In this document: piece after piece, positions 60,939-64,000 of the stretch
How the letters are laid out: every line of letters begins with the position of its first letter
How positions within the stretch are numbered: the first letter of the stretch is position 1
From: Candidatus Entotheonellaceae bacterium
Lineage (GTDB): Bacteria; Tectomicrobia; Entotheonellia; Entotheonellales; Entotheonellaceae
Direction: 5' to 3'
DNA length: 64,000 nucleotides
Assembly: GCA_965238075.1 (NCBI GenBank)
Contig: OZ250173.1
Span: 768,001 to 832,000, forward strand
Program-made: the position numbers and the translations under genes
The notes under the pieces: model-generated
The model's input: the letters and a program-made list of their open reading frames with translations, nothing else
Told to the model about the DNA's origin: nothing
Databases searched by the model: none

Positions 60939-61733
60939 ATGAAGCCAATTCCCACCAACGCCCGCCGTCTTGCTTCCGTCCTAATCCTCGCCGTCGCCGG
61001 CGTGTCGCTGGGCTGCGGGACGATCGCCGAACAGCGGGCGCAGGCCGACAACTACTACCAATTGGCGCAGACGTATCTCGGCGCCGAATTCTACGATGCC
61101 GCCGAACAGGCGGTCCGCCAGGCACTGAGCCTGCGGCCGCGCGAGCCGAGCTACTTCGAGCTTCTGGCCCTGACATACCAAATTCGCAACCGCTTCGACC
61201 TCGCCGAAGACGCCTACCGGCAAGCGCTGCAGCAGCGCGACCCGTCGCCCTCCGTTCTGGTGAATTACAGCACCCTGCTGTTGCTGCGCAACCGTCCCGA
61301 CGAGGCCCTGGATTTGGCGCAACGCGCCCTGCAGGACCCCGGCTACGACCGGCCCGCCTTGGCGCACGTGAACATGGGACTGGCTCATTCACAGCAGGGA
61401 CAGTTCGATTTGGCAGTGGTGCAGTTTCGCCGCGCCCTGAGCTACCGCAGTCTGCCCGAGGCGTACCACAACCTGGGCTTGGCATACGATCACATGGGGC
61501 GTCCTGACGCCGCCATCCAGGCCTTTCGTGATGCTGTTCGCCTGCGACCTACTTACGCGGCAGCCTACGCGGGACTCGGCGATGCGCTGCTAGCTGCTGG
61601 ACAGGTGGACGACGCGCGTCAGGCGCTTGAACGGGTCATCGCCCTGCAACCTGGCAGTCCCCTCGCCGCTGCGTCCCGCGAAAAACTCGACCGCCTCGCA
61701 CCCACAGCGAGCCCCAGCGAGCGCAACCAATGA
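60939..61733 (+). CDS. TPR lipoprotein, PilF/PilW/Tgl-like pilotin candidate
   Basis: Lipobox SLGC (Cys26), multiple TPRs, ALQDPGY..P..AHVNMG; located near pilC. Confidence 0.7.
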   Translation: MKPIPTNARRLASVLILAVAGVSLGCGTIAEQRAQADNYYQLAQTYLGAEFYDAAEQAVRQALSLRPREPSYFELLALTYQIRNRFDLAEDAYRQALQQRDPSPSVLVNYSTLLLLRNRPDEALDLAQRALQDPGYDRPALAHVNMGLAHSQQGQFDLAVVQFRRALSYRSLPEAYHNLGLAYDHMGRPDAAIQAFRDAVRLRPTYAAAYAGLGDALLAAGQVDDARQALERVIALQPGSPLAAASREKLDRLAPTASPSERNQ

Positions 61734-61756
61734 AGCATCGCGAGCGGCAGCGAACG
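61699..61756 (+). repeat. Tandem-GA double-hairpin element upstream of an RBS (copy 3)
   Basis: CACCCACAGCGAGCCCCAGCGAGCG..CGCGAGCGGCAGCGAACG, then AGGAGG and the aroE ATG. Confidence 0.7.
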
Positions 61757-61771
61757 GTGCAGGAGGACAGT

Positions 61772-62644
61772 ATGCCAGCCGAATCCACCTCCCCCACCAG
61801 CGTCTCCGGGTCCACCCGGCTGTACGGCATCATGGGCTATCCAATCGGGCATTCCCTGTCGCCGTTGATGCACACCCTGGCGTTCCGGCATCACGGGCTG
61901 GACGCCGTCTACGTGCCTTTCTCCGTGGCGCCAGACGACCTCCCCAGAGCCGTCGCCGGGGCGGTGGCGCTGGGGGTGGCGGGTTTTAACGTGACCATCC
62001 CCCACAAGGAAACCATCATGGCGTGTCTGGACGAGGTGACGGCTGAGGCGAGGGCAATCGGCGCCGTTAATACGGTGCACGTGCACGACGGCCGCACCGC
62101 CGGCCACAACACCGATGGCGCCGGGTTTCTGCAGCCGTTGCAAAATCTGGGAACGCCTTTGAGCCAACTCCCAGTGCTCGTCCTGGGTGCCGGCGGCGCG
62201 GCGCGTGCCTTGGCAGCCGCGCTGCTGAACGCCGGCTGCCCGCGACTGATCATCGCCAATCGCACCCACGCCCGCAGCGAGCGTCTGGCCGCGGACTTGC
62301 AGAAACGGTTTACGGACGCCGAGGTACACGCCGTGCCGGTGTCAGACGCCGCCGACGACGCCCAGCAGAGCCGCCTGCTCGTCAACGCCACCTCGCTCGG
62401 GATGCACGAAGGTGACGAACCCCTGCTGCCCAGCCGCTGCTTCGGGCCCGAGCAGATCGTCTACGACATTGTCTACCGCCCCCTGAACACGCCGTTCCTG
62501 CAGGACGCCCGAGCCGCCGGCTGCACCACGATTGGCGGCCTCGACATGCTGCTGGGCCAGGGCGCCGCGGCGTTCACGATCTGGACCGGCCTCGCCTTCC
62601 CTTTGGAGGCGGTGGGCCCGGCGCTTGAAGCCCATCTCGATTAA
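61772..62644 (+). CDS. aroE: Shikimate dehydrogenase
   Basis: GYPIGHSLSPLMH, GFNVTIPHKE, GAVNT, NTDG, GAGGAA, NATSLGM, YDIVY. Confidence 0.96.
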   Translation: MPAESTSPTSVSGSTRLYGIMGYPIGHSLSPLMHTLAFRHHGLDAVYVPFSVAPDDLPRAVAGAVALGVAGFNVTIPHKETIMACLDEVTAEARAIGAVNTVHVHDGRTAGHNTDGAGFLQPLQNLGTPLSQLPVLVLGAGGAARALAAALLNAGCPRLIIANRTHARSERLAADLQKRFTDAEVHAVPVSDAADDAQQSRLLVNATSLGMHEGDEPLLPSRCFGPEQIVYDIVYRPLNTPFLQDARAAGCTTIGGLDMLLGQGAAAFTIWTGLAFPLEAVGPALEAHLD

Positions 62645-62661
62645 AGGTCGATCGACAGCCC

Positions 62662-63870
62662 ATGCCGACTTTCACGTACACGGTCCGAACAGCCGCCGGC
62701 GCCACGCAGCGCGGCCAGATTGATGCTGCCGACCGTCGCGCGGCCGCCTTGGCGTTGCGGCAACGCCAGCTCATCGTCACGTCGCTGCGCGCCCGACCCA
62801 GGAACTTGACGATCAACCTCCCCGGCCTCACGAGCGGCGTCGCAGCCGTGGACCTCGTCGTGTTCACCCGGCAATTTGCCACCATGATCTCCTCGGGGCT
62901 GCCCCTCGTTCAGTGCCTCGACACGCTGGGCCGTCAAACCTCGAACAAGCGCCTCGGGGAAATCGTCATGCAAGTGAAGGCGGACGTGGAGGCAGGCGCC
63001 AGCTTCACGGAAGCGCTGCGCAAACAGCCGCAGGTGTTCGGCGATTTCTACGTCAACATGGTCGAGGCGGGCGAAGCGGGCGGCGTCCTGGACACCATCC
63101 TCACCCGCTTGGCCGTCTATCTGGAAAAATCCCGCGCGCTGCGGGGCAAGGTCAAAGGCGCCATGGCCTACCCGGCGGCCATTGTCGCGGTCGCCGTGCT
63201 GGTCATGATCTTCATGCTGATCTACGTCATCCCCATTTTCGCCGACCTGTTCGAGAGCTTGGGCGGTGCCCTGCCCGTGCCAACGCGCCTCGTCATGGCG
63301 CTGAGCAGCGGCGTCAAAACGGTCATCCTGTACGTGATAGTCGCAGCCGTCGCAGCGGTCTGGGCATTCAGAAGGTTCCGTCGCACCGCCAGCGGGCGGC
63401 GACTGGTAGACGCTGCCCTGTTGAAGGCACCCGTCTTCGGCAGTCTCATCGAGAAGGTCGCGGTGGCGTCGTTTGCCCGCACACTGGCGACATTGGTCAG
63501 CAGCGGCGTGCCCATCCTCGACGGCTTGGCCATCACCGCCCGCATCACCGGCAACAAAGTGATGGAAGACGCCGTTCTGACCGCCATTGAGCGCATCAAG
63601 CAGGGCAGCACGATTGCCGAGCCGCTGCGCGACCAGACGGTTTTCGCGCCGATGGTGGTGCAGATGATCGAAGTAGGCGAAAACGCCGGCGCCTTGGATG
63701 TCATGCTGAACAAGATCGCCGATTTTTACGACGACGAGGTGAACCACGCCGTCGAGGCGCTGACCTCCCTGTTGGAGCCGCTGCTGATGGTGGTTCTCGG
63801 GGCGCTCATCGGCTTCATGCTGATCGCCATGTATTTGCCCATCTTCGAGATGGCCGGCACCCTTGGCTGA
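62662..63870 (+). CDS. pilC: Type IV pilus/T2SS inner membrane platform protein (PilC/GspF)
   Basis: FTRQFATMISSGLPL, AGEAGGVL, AMAYP, LVSSGVP, GENAGAL, LLEP, AMYLPIF. Confidence 0.92.
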   Translation: MPTFTYTVRTAAGATQRGQIDAADRRAAALALRQRQLIVTSLRARPRNLTINLPGLTSGVAAVDLVVFTRQFATMISSGLPLVQCLDTLGRQTSNKRLGEIVMQVKADVEAGASFTEALRKQPQVFGDFYVNMVEAGEAGGVLDTILTRLAVYLEKSRALRGKVKGAMAYPAAIVAVAVLVMIFMLIYVIPIFADLFESLGGALPVPTRLVMALSSGVKTVILYVIVAAVAAVWAFRRFRRTASGRRLVDAALLKAPVFGSLIEKVAVASFARTLATLVSSGVPILDGLAITARITGNKVMEDAVLTAIERIKQGSTIAEPLRDQTVFAPMVVQMIEVGENAGALDVMLNKIADFYDDEVNHAVEALTSLLEPLLMVVLGALIGFMLIAMYLPIFEMAGTLG

Positions 63871-64000
63871 TGACCATGCCGACACCTGCAACCGACACCG
63901 CGTGCCATAACGAGACGGGTTGGCCGGCGCCGCAAATCCTGCGGGGATCGCGTCCGGGCGGCCAAGGCTATCTACTGGCGCGCTGGTTCGCTGAACGCCG
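63870..64000 (+). CDS. Partial ORF coupled to pilC, product unknown
   Basis: ATG overlaps the pilC TGA (TGATG) and the frame is open to the window end; only 43 codons are visible. Confidence 0.35.
   Translation, partial: MTMPTPATDTACHNETGWPAPQILRGSRPGGQGYLLARWFAER

Overview
GC-rich bacterial chromosomal window, mostly coding, with no rRNA, tRNA or CRISPR array that I can support. The left half (1-41 kb) is accessory and metabolic: a TraB-family gene start, an MDR oxidoreductase, recQ, a sufR-sufCBD-Rieske-sufT-sufE operon without sufS, an enolase-family dehydratase, a collapsed polysaccharide locus around an IS5 copy (4-bp TACA duplication), a class-V aminotransferase, a cyclophilin-FKBP fusion, orphan proteins, an internally deleted NCS2 permease, a TPP enzyme, a Co-type nitrile hydratase operon with a VapBC-like toxin-antitoxin pair inside it, a DUF1998 helicase fused to a DEDD exonuclease, a peptide ABC transporter, mycothiol-pathway-like enzymes and a two-component cluster. 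The right half (41-64 kb) is core: yajC-secDF, ald, dprA-topA-trmFO-xerC-hslVU-argB-argF-argG, ppiD, a MoaD-like protein with a blocked GG-RR tail beside an M3-like protein lacking HExxH, a TPR pilotin, aroE and pilC. Core gene order suggests a Desulfobacterota/Nitrospinota/Tectomicrobia-like host (inference only). Four short repeat families are present. The most unusual observations are a tandem-GA double hairpin just upstream of three unrelated ribosome-binding sites, two in-frame internal gene deletions, the TA pair inside the NHase operon, and the ubiquitin-like/pseudo-peptidase pair. Family assignments come from recognised motifs, not database searches. I cannot show from sequence alone that any of these is a truly undescribed system.
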